Source: an uncultured delta proteobacterium
Lineage (GTDB): Bacteria; Myxococcota; Myxococcia; Myxococcales; Anaeromyxobacteraceae
Length of the DNA stretch: 64,000 nucleotides
Assembly: GCA_963828255.1 (NCBI GenBank)
Contig: CAWHDZ010000018.1
Location: forward strand, 72,638-136,637
Reading direction: 5' to 3'
Part shown: positions 31,389 to 41,779 of the stretch, in pieces
Numbering within the stretch: position 1 is the first letter of the stretch
How the letters are laid out: every line of letters starts with the position of its first letter
The notes under the pieces: model-generated
Seen by the model: only the letters and a program-made list of their open reading frames with translations
What the model was told of the DNA's origin: nothing
Databases searched by the model: none
Program-made: the position numbers and the translations under genes

Positions 31389-31818
31389 ACTTCCCGGGCG
31401 CGTCAGTCCAGATCATCGCCCCGGGTTCAGGCCGGCGGTACTTGTGCCAATGCGAGACGCACTGGCAGCAGCCGTGGGACTCGACGAACCTGATGACGAT
31501 CCGAAGGTCGCTGTCGTCGAGCCGACGGTGCTCCTTGAGGGCCCAGAACTTCACGCGCCGAACCCATCGGGATCGAACCCGAACGGCCTGACGGCGGTTC
31601 TCGGCGCGGGGCATCGACAAGCACTCCACGCCGGGCGCGGCCACCTCGCGACGGAAGCGGGCGCGGGGAGCATGTGGGTCCCAGGGTTCACGGGAGCGAC
31701 GACGGCTTCAGCCTCGTCAGACCCAGCACCTGCAAGAGGGAATGGAACTGCTCCCGATGGGCTTCGTGCGCCGAAGCATGCTGCACTGCGGGGACCCGGC
31801 GGCGAAATGTGCCCGACG

Positions 31819-32409
31819 CTACTCGTCGCGGCAAATCTCGTAGTTGGTGAAGAGGTAGTCGACGACGACCGTGGAACTGCCCCTTGAATTCTTCGACTCG
31901 TATACCCAGATCGCGCTTCCCGGGCCGAACGGTTCCTCCCATACGGCCCGCGCGGTGGGGTCCTTCCCGACATCCGTCTCCGGGGTTCCGTGCCGAACGA
32001 CAAGCTCTTGCAAAACCGCCTCAAGCAGGGGGCCCGCCCGCTCCGCCTCCGTGGCCGGGGTCGACGCCATGACCCGACACAGGCCGACGTTCAGCGAGAT
32101 CTGGACCAGCACCTCGGAGAATGGGGGGTGCGGGACCGGCATCTTCCTCGCCGCGAAGGTGGCCGAGTTCCTGGGCACCAACCGGAGCGCGACGAGGGCG
32201 TTTGCCTGCGCCAGCGTCATGCCCTTCGAGAAGCCGAAGGCAACCTGATCCTTCGCTACAGGCTTCGCAGGCGGAGGTGTCGCCTTCGCGACCGGGCTTT
32301 CCTTCTGGACGGCAGCAACGGTTGGCGGCGGGTTCGTGACGGGCGTCGCGCAAGCCGTGAGGGTGAGCAGGCCGGCAACCAGACGACCGCGAACGGAGAT
32401 GGGCTGCAC
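31819..32409 (-). CDS. Hypothetical lipoprotein
   Basis: Lipobox LTAC after a hydrophobic stretch. Confidence 0.65.
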   Translation of the reverse strand: MQPISVRGRLVAGLLTLTACATPVTNPPPTVAAVQKESPVAKATPPPAKPVAKDQVAFGFSKGMTLAQANALVALRLVPRNSATFAARKMPVPHPPFSEVLVQISLNVGLCRVMASTPATEAERAGPLLEAVLQELVVRHGTPETDVGKDPTARAVWEEPFGPGSAIWVYESKNSRGSSTVVVDYLFTNYEICRDE

Positions 32410-32621
32410 GATGGACTCGCCCCCCTCCTCGACGGACCCGGCAGGCCGGATGGTGATTCTCAGCCCGAGGCTTCACCGAGCACTCTACGCCGGCCCTGCG
32501 AGGCGGTCACCGTCGAGGCCGGCGCGGCCTCCGGTCGCCGCCCTCACAAGCGCGAAGAGGCCAGCCCTTGCGGACCGGCCTCTCGTCCTGCTGGGCCTCT
32601 GGCCCGTAGTGAACTTGTCGC

Positions 32622-32924
32622 CTACGCCTTCGTCGCGGCGGCAGCGGCCTTCTTGGCGGGGGTCTCGGCAAGGACGCCCACCGCGGCGCCGGCCACCGCG
32701 CCACCGACCGCGAAGAGCGCGCCGACGCCGGTGACGCCCATCACCATCCCGAAGACGATCAGGGCCCGCACCGCGAAGGTCGGCACCACCGGCGTCCCGA
32801 AGATCCCACCGGCCAGCATGACGCCCGCGTAGCCACCGTAGAGGAGCGCGGGGAGCAGGGCGATGGCGAGGAAGAGGGCGAGTCCGACTGCGGCTCCAAC
32901 GATGCTGGGGGTCTTGCGGTTCAT
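32622..32924 (-). CDS. Small Gly/Ala-rich membrane protein
   Basis: AAGGAG RBS; MNRKTPSIVGAAVGLALF...YGGYAG; strongly GC3-biased codons. Confidence 0.8.
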   Translation of the reverse strand: MNRKTPSIVGAAVGLALFLAIALLPALLYGGYAGVMLAGGIFGTPVVPTFAVRALIVFGMVMGVTGVGALFAVGGAVAGAAVGVLAETPAKKAAAAATKA

Positions 32925-32969
32925 GGTGTTCTCCTTGGTCCGTCGAAGTTGGTAGACGGGAGGAGATAG

Positions 32970-32985
32970 TGCAGGCGGCTTGCCA
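32970..32985 (-). promoter_or_regulatory. Putative sigma54 promoter
   Basis: Minus strand TGGCAAGCCGCCTGCA has correct GG/GC (-24/-12) spacing; an imperfect palindrome GTCGGGAATCCCCGAC lies upstream at about 33027-33042. Confidence 0.6.
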
Positions 32986-33143
32986 AGATCGGGTACCTGG
33001 AGTTCCGGGGGGTTGGCGGAACGGGTGTCGGGAATCCCCGACTTGCCGCCGGGGAGCCCAGACCGACGAGCGGGCGCGGGCGTCATCGACGGGTAAGCCG
33101 TCCGCCTCTCCCCCGACACCCTGAGTGGGAGTGCTGCGCCGGG

Positions 33144-33540
33144 CTACTCTCGGGCGGCGGCGCCGATGCAGGTGAAGCTTGCGCTCTGGCCGGGGGCCAT
33201 CGACGGGCAGGTGGCCGCGACGGACCCGGGCGGGCAGAACGATCCCGCGAGGCAGCCCGCGCAGACCTCCACGGGAACCTGGAACCATGGAGTCGTGAAA
33301 CTGATCTGGGAGGCCAGAACTCCATGAGCCCTCACGCTTGCCACTATCCTCGTCCTGGTGCTGCCACTCGGGGGGGAGATGGACGCGAAGGACTGGAAGG
33401 GAATCAGGGGAAGCAGGGCTCCCGCAGAGCCGGCCGAGGGGACCGTGATAGCCGACAGGACAGTCCACGGTGGGAGGGAAGCACCCGTGTAGGTGATCTC
33501 GAAGGACTGGATGAACGCATCGTTCCGCATTTCAGCCGCA
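33144..33540 (-). pseudogene. C-terminal part of a Cys-containing hypothetical protein
   Basis: Protein-like second half of ORF 33144..33809 (RNDAFIQSFEITY...VEVCAGCL); the first half is unconvincing. Confidence 0.35.
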
Positions 33541-33805
33541 TGCACGTGGGTGATCGAATGGATGGCGCGAAGGCGCGGCCCGATGCTGGCCTCGGCGGTC
33601 TCTAGCTCGTGCTCGGCCTGCGGATTCGGCCGGTGCAGAGGAGACTGCTCGAAGGCCCGGCCAGCCAGCAGGGCCACTTCCTCGGTGCCCGGGCGCGCTC
33701 CTTCACGCCAGGCGTGGTCGCCAATGGCCTCGCAGATCCGGTGATCAGACGCTCTCGGCCGCCGAGAGACTCGCGGAGACGAAGAGCAGCCAACCGTGAT
33801 TGAAC

Positions 33806-34018
33806 TCACTTGGCATCGGGTGATGGCGGCGCCCCGTCAGGCATCTGCGCCCCACTGGGCCCCGTCGCTCCCTGGCCGTTCATCATCCCCTGACCGGAAC
33901 CCGCTCCGCGGTCGTGCATCGTACCTTGGCCGGGGGCGGTTCCCTGATCATGCATCGTTCCCGCCGCCAGGCTGGCGGCGACGCCAGCGGCGATGGATAG
34001 CGTGCGAAGTGCATTCAT
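33806..34018 (-). CDS. Small secreted Met/His/Gly repeat protein
   Basis: Signal-like N-terminus; 12-aa repeats GTMHDQGTAPGQ, GTMHDRGAGSGQ and GMMNGQG. Confidence 0.55.
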   Translation of the reverse strand: MNALRTLSIAAGVAASLAAGTMHDQGTAPGQGTMHDRGAGSGQGMMNGQGATGPSGAQMPDGAPPSPDAK

Positions 34019-34040
34019 GGCTCTCTCTTCTGTTTCTCCA

Positions 34041-34166
34041 TTACTTCCTGGAAACCTTGAAGATCACGGCACCGAGAAGGACCACCACCAGCGTGCCGGC
34101 CACCACCCAGATCCAATTCCCTCCGCCTGACCAGCCGTTCATCCCCGAGCCGATGTCGTTCATCAT
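34041..34166 (-). CDS. 41-aa single-TM protein with a Met/Gly-rich N-terminus
   Basis: MMNDIGSGMNGWSGGGNWIWVVAGTLVVVLLG; AGGTG RBS. Confidence 0.55.
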   Translation of the reverse strand: MMNDIGSGMNGWSGGGNWIWVVAGTLVVVLLGAVIFKVSRK

Positions 34167-34201
34167 GGTGTTCACCTTTGGTGTCGCGTCGACCAGCGCC
34201 G

Positions 34202-34657
34202 CTACTTCTGCGCCATGGGCCCGCAACCGTGCCGCTGCATGCGCTCAGCGCGGACGTTGATCGCCGACCGGAGCTCCTTGAGGTCGGTCGCGGCGCTCGG
34301 CGTCAGCGTCATGCAGGCGCCCTTGTCGACGTCGGCGACGGTTGCATGCGACTGCGGCATCGTCGTCCCGCCCTTCATGTGCTCGCCTCCCATCGCGGTT
34401 CCCTTCATGTGACCGCTCCCCATCATCCCGCCCATCATCTCGTCGCCCTCGGCGGGCGTGTTCGTGACGAAGGTCAGGGCCTCACCAGTCGTCGTACTGG
34501 CGGTCGACACCTGTGCGCCCGGAACGTTCATGGGACACGCCGCCATGGAGTTGCCGGAGTGGCCGTCCATCTTCGAAGAGGTGGGGGGCGACTGTGCATA
34601 CGCGGAACCGGAGAGCATCGTGAAGGCGGCAACTGCGATCAGCGCAAATCGATTCAT
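34202..34657 (-). CDS. Secreted Met-rich protein, possibly metal-binding
   Basis: GAGGAG RBS; signal peptide; CPMNVPG; EMMGGMMGSGHMKG...EHMKG. Confidence 0.7.
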   Translation of the reverse strand: MNRFALIAVAAFTMLSGSAYAQSPPTSSKMDGHSGNSMAACPMNVPGAQVSTASTTTGEALTFVTNTPAEGDEMMGGMMGSGHMKGTAMGGEHMKGGTTMPQSHATVADVDKGACMTLTPSAATDLKELRSAINVRAERMQRHGCGPMAQK

Positions 34658-34885
34658 TTGAGACTCCTCTGAAATTGTCGGGAAGGCGTGAGTGCTCGAT
34701 CCGTTTGCCCAGATCCACATTCCCCCCTCCGCGCCGCTCGTCATGCGATCCTTCTCTCCGGGGCCTCCACGAAATGTGCGTCCTTGGCTCCGCGCATTCG
34801 CTCGCTTACCGGGTCGTGACGTTCGCGAACGTTCTGGCCCGCCGTCGCGGCGCCGCCGGTGGAGCCCGGTCACCCGGCGACCGGA

Positions 34886-35128
34886 CTAGCGATAATCCTC
34901 GGGGTGAAGATCGATATTGCTCTGAACCTTCGGTTGCTTGACCACGACAGCCGTGACCTTCTCGGTCCTTCGCACCACCACGGGTGCGGGCGTCTCGTCG
35001 AGCGCGCACGTGCATGTCGTCGGCATCGTCGTGTCGTGGGAGACCGGATTCTTCTTCGCGGCCTCGCTCGCCAATCCTGCGGTGGCGAGGAGGGAGAATG
35101 CTGCTGCAACGATGAACTTCTTCGACAT
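34886..35128 (-). CDS. Small secreted protein
   Basis: GAGG RBS; MSKKFIVAAAFSLLATAGLA signal peptide; CTC motif. Confidence 0.6.
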   Translation of the reverse strand: MSKKFIVAAAFSLLATAGLASEAAKKNPVSHDTTMPTTCTCALDETPAPVVVRRTEKVTAVVVKQPKVQSNIDLHPEDYR

Positions 35129-35199
35129 CGGTCGACCTCTGCTTGCCCGGCGCGGGGACCAAACGGCGTCCCCTTGACTCCGGGCGCGAGAGAGATCGA

Positions 35200-35215
35200 T
35201 GCATGTGCAATGCCA
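35200..35215 (-). promoter_or_regulatory. Putative sigma54 promoter
   Basis: Minus strand TGGCATTGCACATGCA with correct -24/-12 spacing, about 70 bp upstream of the 35128 start. Confidence 0.6.
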
Positions 35216-35313
35216 TGACGTTCCTACATCCACGGAATGGCAGAAACAGTCGCGGAGATGTCCGGGATTACGCCTGGTGATCTCCGGGCGCCTCGTTTGC
35301 TCGCTCCGCTACG

Positions 35314-36153
35314 TCACCACGCGATGGCGATGCCACCCGGCGCGGGGAGGAGATCACCGGCCTGGGGCGGACCCTTCCTGCCCGGGCGGTGAAAGAGGTA
35401 GGGCACCGCCCAGCCGATGAGGCTGCCCACTCCCGCACCGACCAGGGTGTCGGACAGGTAGTGCTTGCCCGCGGCCATCCGCAGGTAGGCGGTGAACGAT
35501 GCCGCCGCAAGACCGACGCCGAGCACCCAGGGTGCGCCCGGCATGTCCTGCATGAAGAAGAGCGTGCTTCCAGACACCACCACGGCGAAGACGAACGTGG
35601 TGTGACCGCCGAAGAACGAGACGTTCGCGTCGGAGGTGGTCGCTGGATAGAGGTCCAGGGTTCCCTGCCAGACGTAGGGACGGGCCCGGCCCACCGAGTA
35701 CTTCACGATCACGTTCACGAGCATCGCCAGGCTCGTGGCCTCGGTGATGAGCAGCACGCTGGACCAGGCCGCAGCCGGATCGTCATGCAGGTAACCCTGG
35801 AGGAGCCCGAAGCCCATGACTCCCACCGGAATGGCGAACTGCATGACGTTCGAGACCGTGTTCGCAGCCGTGGGATTCGACCAGAGAACGGACCGGGAGA
35901 TGTCGCCGTCGATGGGACCGGGCTCGCACCACTTGCAGTCGAGCGGGGCCAACTGGTTGTTCAGCAGGAGCAGCGTGAGCGTGCTCACGGCTAGGCCGCC
36001 GGTGACGATGCCGTCGACGGTCCAGTCGTAGGAGAGCTTGGTGAGCTCCTGCGAGGACGCCGGCGTGGGGGCCTCAGGGGAGGCATCCGAGGCCTGGACG
36101 CTGGTCGCTGCCAGGCAAGAAGCAAGGAGGGCGGCACCGAGCACGGGGCGCAT
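35314..36153 (-). CDS. PAP2 family membrane phosphatase
   Basis: KYSVGRARP, SFFGGH and YLRMAAGKHYLSD. Confidence 0.88.
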   Translation of the reverse strand: MRPVLGAALLASCLAATSVQASDASPEAPTPASSQELTKLSYDWTVDGIVTGGLAVSTLTLLLLNNQLAPLDCKWCEPGPIDGDISRSVLWSNPTAANTVSNVMQFAIPVGVMGFGLLQGYLHDDPAAAWSSVLLITEATSLAMLVNVIVKYSVGRARPYVWQGTLDLYPATTSDANVSFFGGHTTFVFAVVVSGSTLFFMQDMPGAPWVLGVGLAAASFTAYLRMAAGKHYLSDTLVGAGVGSLIGWAVPYLFHRPGRKGPPQAGDLLPAPGGIAIAW

Positions 36154-36186
36154 TTGCAAACGCTACCACGAGCGCGGTGCTAGTGT

Positions 36187-36996
36187 GTGCATGTGCAGGG
36201 ACTGCGCGCCATCGCCTTGGTACTCCTTGTCGCCAACGCATCCTCCGCCCGAGGGGCAGAGGCGCCGATCCCCCTCCAGTACAACCTCGCGCTCGACCTC
36301 TCGATCACGGGCGCGATGGGGGCCTCGATCATCCTGCTCACGATCTACCAGCCCGAACTCCTGCCCGAGACCTGCCGCTGGTGCACCCCTCCGGGCATCG
36401 ACGTGGCAGCACGACACGCACTGGTCTGGAGGGGCGCGGAGCGCACGGCGGACGTACTATCCACGGTCATCGACGCGGTGATTCCAGCCTCCGCCGCGAC
36501 CTATTTGCTTCTCTCGGCGAATGGCGCAGGCGACGTCAATGCCGGCCTCGTCGACTGCTTGCTCGTGACGGAGGCTGCCGCTGCGGCCCTGCTGCTGAAC
36601 CAGGTCGTGAAGCTGCTCGTCGGCCGCAAGCGGCCCCACGTGTACTTCAAGAACGAGCTCGGCTATGCGGCGAGCGAGGACAACCTCTCCTTCTACGGTG
36701 GCCATACCTCGTTCGCGTTCTCGGTCGCCGCCGCCACGGTCACGGTGGCGGCGATGCGTGGATACGCAGGCGTCGGGATCGTCGCAGGCGTCGGGTTCAC
36801 TTTGTCGGCCGCCGTCGGCTACCTCCGCATCGCGGCGGACCAGCACTATCTGACCGACATCCTCATCGGGTCAGCCGTGGGGAGCCTCATCGGGTGGGCG
36901 ATCCCCCGAATCTTCCACTCACCGGTTCCGGGAAACCCGACGACGCCGGGGGCAGGAATGCGGATGCCTCCAGTCGGGCTCACGCTGGTCTTCTGA
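36187..36996 (+). CDS. PAP2 family membrane phosphatase (paralog)
   Basis: KLLVGRKRP, SFYGGH and YLRIAADQHYLTD. Confidence 0.88.
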   Translation: MHVQGLRAIALVLLVANASSARGAEAPIPLQYNLALDLSITGAMGASIILLTIYQPELLPETCRWCTPPGIDVAARHALVWRGAERTADVLSTVIDAVIPASAATYLLLSANGAGDVNAGLVDCLLVTEAAAAALLLNQVVKLLVGRKRPHVYFKNELGYAASEDNLSFYGGHTSFAFSVAAATVTVAAMRGYAGVGIVAGVGFTLSAAVGYLRIAADQHYLTDILIGSAVGSLIGWAIPRIFHSPVPGNPTTPGAGMRMPPVGLTLVF

Positions 36997-37010
36997 GCCA
37001 CCCTGCGCCT

Positions 37011-37450
37011 TCAGGTCTCCCCATCCCGCCTCACCAGGATGTCCGTCCGCAGCGTGAACGGCACGGCGCTCCCGACGTCCCCTGTCCCATCCGATCGTCG
37101 CCCCTGATATGCGCGCAGCTTGGCCTTGACCGAGTAGGGGCCAGGCGCCAGGCAGCTTCCTCGAGGGCGCCAACGCTCCACAAACTCCAGCTGCGCCCCG
37201 GCTTCGAGCGTGGTGAGTTCCGGAAGGCCCACATTGCACGGGCCGATGTGGAGGCAGAGGACGGAGGCATGGACGACAGCGCCCCTGCCGTCCTTGACGA
37301 AGAACTCCGCTCCCGGGCGCTCGAGGAAGAATGACTGGCGCTGGTTGCTCACGTTCCGGAGGACGACCTTGAGAATGTCCTCGGCCTTCGCCTCCGCCGA
37401 TTGCGACACCGTCAATGAAGCCGTCAACGGGCCTCGCCTCACCTCGCCGG
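37011..37450 (-). pseudogene. Ig-like beta-sandwich hypothetical protein, probably 5'-truncated
   Basis: LKVVLRNVS...TLEAG...F.E.W...PGPYSVKAKL pattern; no clear start. Confidence 0.35.
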
Positions 37451-37509
37451 GTGATGGATTCGTCACGCTCACCGGACGATGTCGGGACGGGCACCCTGCA
37501 GCCATCGTT

Positions 37510-37807
37510 CACGGCGCAGGACCCGGCGAATCCCAGGAAGGTTCCGGCGGCGGCGAACGACGGTGAACCATGAACCTGGATCCGGTGCCACGTTCCATCG
37601 CGATGGAGCAGTCGCACTCCCATCTCGAATGGCACCCGCCTGCGGAAGGCGTCCAGGTAGACGGGGAGGAATCGGACGATGTCCTCGGGGTGCACTCCCT
37701 CCAGCCATCCATCGTCCAGTTCCTGGCCGAGCGTGCGGCCAGTGAAGTCGCACCATCCCTGGCTGAAACAGTCCCACTTGCCGTTGACGCCGCTGCTCCA
37801 GAAGATC
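37510..37807 (-). pseudogene. Isolated PAS domain fragment
   Basis: WCDFTGRTL.QE...GWLEGVHPED...RLLHRDGTWHRI...G.FLGFAGSC. Confidence 0.7.
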
Positions 37808-37840
37808 CGGCGCTCCTCCCCGGCCACCTGTGCACGACCG

Positions 37841-38275
37841 TCATCTCGACCAAGGTGCACGAGAACCCCTCTCGGTCTCGTCCGAGCTCCACCGCTCGAA
37901 TATCGCCTCCTTGCAGGGGCCTCTTCCCGCGGGAATCTTCTTCTCGACACGTATCGAACGAATCACCGACTCGCACCGGGCGGCCGTCGCGCACTCCCCG
38001 CATACCTTCGCGTACGCTTCGACTGCCCGCTCCAGCTCGGGCTCGACCCCGGTTGACGGCCCCTGCCTGGCGGCCTCCTCGACAGCGATCAGGAGCACTG
38101 GACGCGCCCGCTTCTCCGCCAGCGCCTTCGCGTCGAGGTTGACCTCGTACATCCCCGCCAGAAGCAGGGCGGCCAACGCCCCGATCTGGAGAAGTTGCCA
38201 GCCGATGGACTTCCCCTTGCGTTCTCCGGCTGTGGCGGGCTCCACCGTCCCCGGCCTGGTGGTTTCCGATGTCAT
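37841..38275 (-). CDS. Hypothetical membrane-anchored protein
   Basis: One TM segment and a CGEC motif; start overlaps the ClC stop. Confidence 0.55.
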   Translation of the reverse strand: MTSETTRPGTVEPATAGERKGKSIGWQLLQIGALAALLLAGMYEVNLDAKALAEKRARPVLLIAVEEAARQGPSTGVEPELERAVEAYAKVCGECATAARCESVIRSIRVEKKIPAGRGPCKEAIFERWSSDETERGSRAPWSR

Positions 38276-40068
38276 CCGAGTTCACCTCCAAGTGCCGTCT
38301 TCACGACGTCCGACAGGGACAGCATCCCGACCACCCTCCCCCGCTCCACGATTGGCGCATGGCTCAGCCCAGCATCGAGAATCCGGGCGACCGCGTCTCG
38401 CACGGGTTCACCCCGTTCGACGCCGACTGCCGGGCCCGCGAGATCGACCGCGATGATGCCGCGAAGGTCCTGATCGGCGGACAGCGCGAGAAGCGTCGTC
38501 GAGTCGATGAGGCCGGCATAGAGCCCCGCCGCGTCCACGACTGGAATGACCGGCTGCCCGTTCGCCGCAGCCGCCATGACCTCCAGCAGGGTCGCCGAGG
38601 GTTGGACTGTCGCCAGGGATGCGCGCTCTCCAGGCACGTCGACCCTGGGCTCGCCTTCCGCCGGCCTGGCGGTTCTTCCCCCAAGGTTTGCCCGCCTTCG
38701 GTTTGGCGGCTGGGATTCGTAGAGTTGAACGTTTCGGAGGAGGACGTGGGCTCCGACCGTTCCCAGCATCAGCGGCACGAGGAGGTCGTACGACGCCGCC
38801 AGTTCCGACACGAGCACGACCGCGCTGAGCGGCACATGGGCGACGCCGCCGTACAGCGTCGCCATGCCCACGAGCGCGAAGGAGGCTGGATGGATGTGGC
38901 TCTCCGGGAAGAGCGTCCCCGCGGCGTGACCGAACGCTGCGCCGACGAGAGCACCCACGACGAGGGCCGGGGCGAAGTCACCCGCGCTCCCGCCGCTCCC
39001 CACCGTGAAGGCCGTCGAGACGATCCGCAGCACTGCGAGGGCGAGAAACCAGCCCGCGATCGCCAGCGAGGGCCCCGTCACCTCCGCCACCGCGAGCTGG
39101 GCGAGCCCGTATCCACCTCCGAGGAATGCCGTCTCGATCGGGACGACGGGCCCGATCCGGTTCAATCCGACCGCGTAGACCGTGATGATCCCGGCCCCCA
39201 GCCCCAACCCTCCGAGAGCGGGGGTGAGCCACCGGGGCAGACCGCTATCCCGGGCAAGGTTTCGGATACCGTGCAGCGCCCAGACGAAGGCTGCCCCCGC
39301 GGCGGCGGCGATGATTGCGAGCGCTGCATAGAACGGGAGGTGTGCCGCCATGAAGGGGTGGGACGGCATCGCTCCGAAGAGCGGCCGCGTGCCCAGGATC
39401 GCGTTCGACACCGAGAACGAGACCACGCTTGCGAGAACGGACGGAACCAGCGCCTCGGCATCGAAGTCATCCCGATACAGGACCTCGACGGCAAGCAGTG
39501 CGGCTCCGAGAGGCGTGCGGAACACGGCAGAGATTCCGGCGCCGATCCCCGCCACGAAGAGGAGGCGCCGCTCCCGGGCTGTCGTGGGCAACCACTCGGC
39601 CAGGATGGCGCCCGCGGCGCTCCCGAGTTGCATGGCAGGACCCTCGCGCCCGCCGGCGCCTCCGGTGGCGAGCGTCGCGACCGACGCGAGGAACTTGATG
39701 GGCAGAAGCCGCGGACGGACCTTGGCCTGCGCCCCGTGGTAGGTGGCGATGGTCTGGTCGCCGCCGCCGCCGAAGGCCTCGGGTGCCCACCGGGACAGGA
39801 GCCCGCCGAGGAGCGCACCAGCGGCCGGCACGACGAGGAGGAACCACGGTACCCGCCCCTTCCGCAGGGCTTGCGATGCCGTCTCGCCCGAGGCGCTCAG
39901 GAGGTCCGCTCCGGCGAGATGCTCCAGGATCAGGTGTGTTCCGGCATCCACGCTCGCCACGAAGGCCGCGCCGACGAGCCCCGCCACGATGCCAACGCCT
40001 GCAGCGAGGAGGAGGGTTCGGCTGAACATGCCGAGTTCGAGCGGACCCGCCCCGGACCGGATCAGCAC
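38272..40068 (-). CDS. ClC chloride channel/antiporter with CBS domains
   Basis: GGREGP, FRTPLG, GGSAGDFAP and a C-terminal CBS pair. Confidence 0.9.
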   Translation of the reverse strand: MLIRSGAGPLELGMFSRTLLLAAGVGIVAGLVGAAFVASVDAGTHLILEHLAGADLLSASGETASQALRKGRVPWFLLVVPAAGALLGGLLSRWAPEAFGGGGDQTIATYHGAQAKVRPRLLPIKFLASVATLATGGAGGREGPAMQLGSAAGAILAEWLPTTARERRLLFVAGIGAGISAVFRTPLGAALLAVEVLYRDDFDAEALVPSVLASVVSFSVSNAILGTRPLFGAMPSHPFMAAHLPFYAALAIIAAAAGAAFVWALHGIRNLARDSGLPRWLTPALGGLGLGAGIITVYAVGLNRIGPVVPIETAFLGGGYGLAQLAVAEVTGPSLAIAGWFLALAVLRIVSTAFTVGSGGSAGDFAPALVVGALVGAAFGHAAGTLFPESHIHPASFALVGMATLYGGVAHVPLSAVVLVSELAASYDLLVPLMLGTVGAHVLLRNVQLYESQPPNRRRANLGGRTARPAEGEPRVDVPGERASLATVQPSATLLEVMAAAANGQPVIPVVDAAGLYAGLIDSTTLLALSADQDLRGIIAVDLAGPAVGVERGEPVRDAVARILDAGLSHAPIVERGRVVGMLSLSDVVKTALGGELG

Positions 40069-40121
40069 TGCAAGCCGGCCGGTGGTGCGACTGCTCCGAA
40101 TGCTGTCGAACCATCCCAGTT

Positions 40122-41714
40122 TCAGAGGACGTCCTTCCAGGCGGGCGACGCCTCGAATGCAGCGTGAATCAAGCCCACGTGCGAATACGCCTGCGGGTAG
40201 TTCCCCCAGAGCGCCACCCCAGGGGCGTAGTCCTCGGAGAGGAGCCCGAGCGGCGAGCGGGCGCGAAGCGCCTCGTCCATGGTGTTGCGGGCCACAGCGC
40301 CGCGCCCGATCCCTGCGAGCGCCTCGATGAGCCAGAACGTGCAGAGCACGAACGCAACCTGCGGCGTGCCCAACCCGTCATCCATTCGATAGCGGTCGAT
40401 CCAGCCGGAACGGCCCAGCCCCGACATGATGGCGTCGACCGTAGCCCCCAGTCGCGGGTCCGACCGGGGCAGGAACCGAAGCGGAACCATCTGGAGCAAC
40501 GACGCATCGAGCGTCTTGCCCAGGGGCGTCGCCGTGAACGATGCCACGTCCTTGTTCCAGCACGTGTCCAGGATGGATTCCCGTATTCGTTCGGCAGCTC
40601 CTCGGAACTCCTGGGACTTCTCCGGGTCCCGGGTTCCGAGGACGTGAGCGGAACGGTCGGCGGCCCAGGACATCAGCATGGAGAAGGTCTGGGGCTCCCA
40701 GGTCTTCCGGTACTCGCAGATGCCCGCGTCGGGCATCCCGGCGACGGCGATCGCCTTGCGGGTCAGGCGGACGAGCAGGTCGAGCGTCTGCGGCGTCTGC
40801 TCGTCCCGGAACCGATCGTCCGCGAACACCGGGGCCAGGGCGAGCGCGGTCTCCCCGTAGATGTCGAACTGGTGGTGGAGCGCCGCCCCGTTCCCGATCC
40901 GGACGGGACCGCTTCCGGCGAATCCAGCCCAGCCCGGAATGATCCGTTCCTCCAGGTCTTCCCGCCCGTCTACGCGGTAGAGCGGCGCGAGGTGCAGGTC
41001 GGGCCTCCCGCTGGCCACGTCGAGCAACCACTGCGTGAAGCGCTCGCGCTCCTCGAACTGACCGAGGAGGCGAAACGCCGTGAGGACATAGAAGGCGTCG
41101 CGAAGCCAGCAGTACCGGTAATCCCAGGTCCTGCCGCTCCCGGGTGCCTCCGGGATCGACGTGGTCGTCGCCGCGACGATGGCCCCCGTGTCAAGGACGA
41201 AGTGGCGTCTTCCGGTGAGCGCGAAGGGCTGCCCTTGCAGGTAGGAGAGCGGCACGTCGGTCGTCAGCCGGAGTTGCGAGGCGAAGCCCTCGAAGCGGAC
41301 GTGGTTGGAGCCCTGGATGTGGACCGGCTCGGCCTTCGACCAGCCGAGCCGCGGCTGGCATTCCACCCGGATGCGTGGCAAGCCGGAGATGGGCTCGACG
41401 ATGCGGTGGAACTGGGTGGGCCGGAACGAACGACCGTCCTGATCGAACCGTGGCGCGAAGTCGAGCACCCGGAAGGCGCCGTCCTCGTCGTCGAAGAACG
41501 TCTCGAGGACGTTCGTGTTCTCCACGTACTCCTGGGCTCCCACGACCCCGCTCACCGGCCGGATCGAGAAATGTCCCCCTGCTGGGTCGAGCAACTGGCC
41601 GAACACCGGCTCCGAGTCGAACCGCGGCAGGCAGCACCAGACCACCGACCCGCTGCGGGCAACGTGGGCGGCGAACTGACCGTTGCCGATGAGTCCGATC
41701 TCTTCGAGTCGCAT
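40122..41714 (-). pseudogene. GH15 glycoside hydrolase (trehalase/glucoamylase-like) with an apparent in-frame internal deletion
   Basis: GLIGNG, TGAIVAATTTSIPE, WDYRYCWLRDA and GNYPQAYSH are present. The usual W..W...RSAL.LKL segment before TGAIVAA is absent (junction RHFVL|DTGA, about 41193). Confidence 0.7.
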
Positions 41715-41763
41715 CCGGGGTGTTCCGCACTTGGCCGAGCGTGGTGAATCTGCCATGTTTATC

Positions 41764-41777
41764 GTTGCAAGTGCAAC
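41764..41777. promoter_or_regulatory. Palindromic operator (MarR-type candidate)
   Basis: GTTGCA-AG-TGCAAC between the divergent GH15 and otsA starts; the TTGCA-N2-TGCAA core recurs at 45305-45316. Confidence 0.55.
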
Positions 41778-41779
41778 TC

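Noticed and set aside
31390..31810. Possible gene or IS fragment inside the left end of island B
   Set aside because: No frame gives a recognisable motif.
32925..33140. Cyclic-dinucleotide riboswitch upstream of the small membrane protein
   Set aside because: GEMM consensus not found; the region is better explained by a sigma54 promoter.
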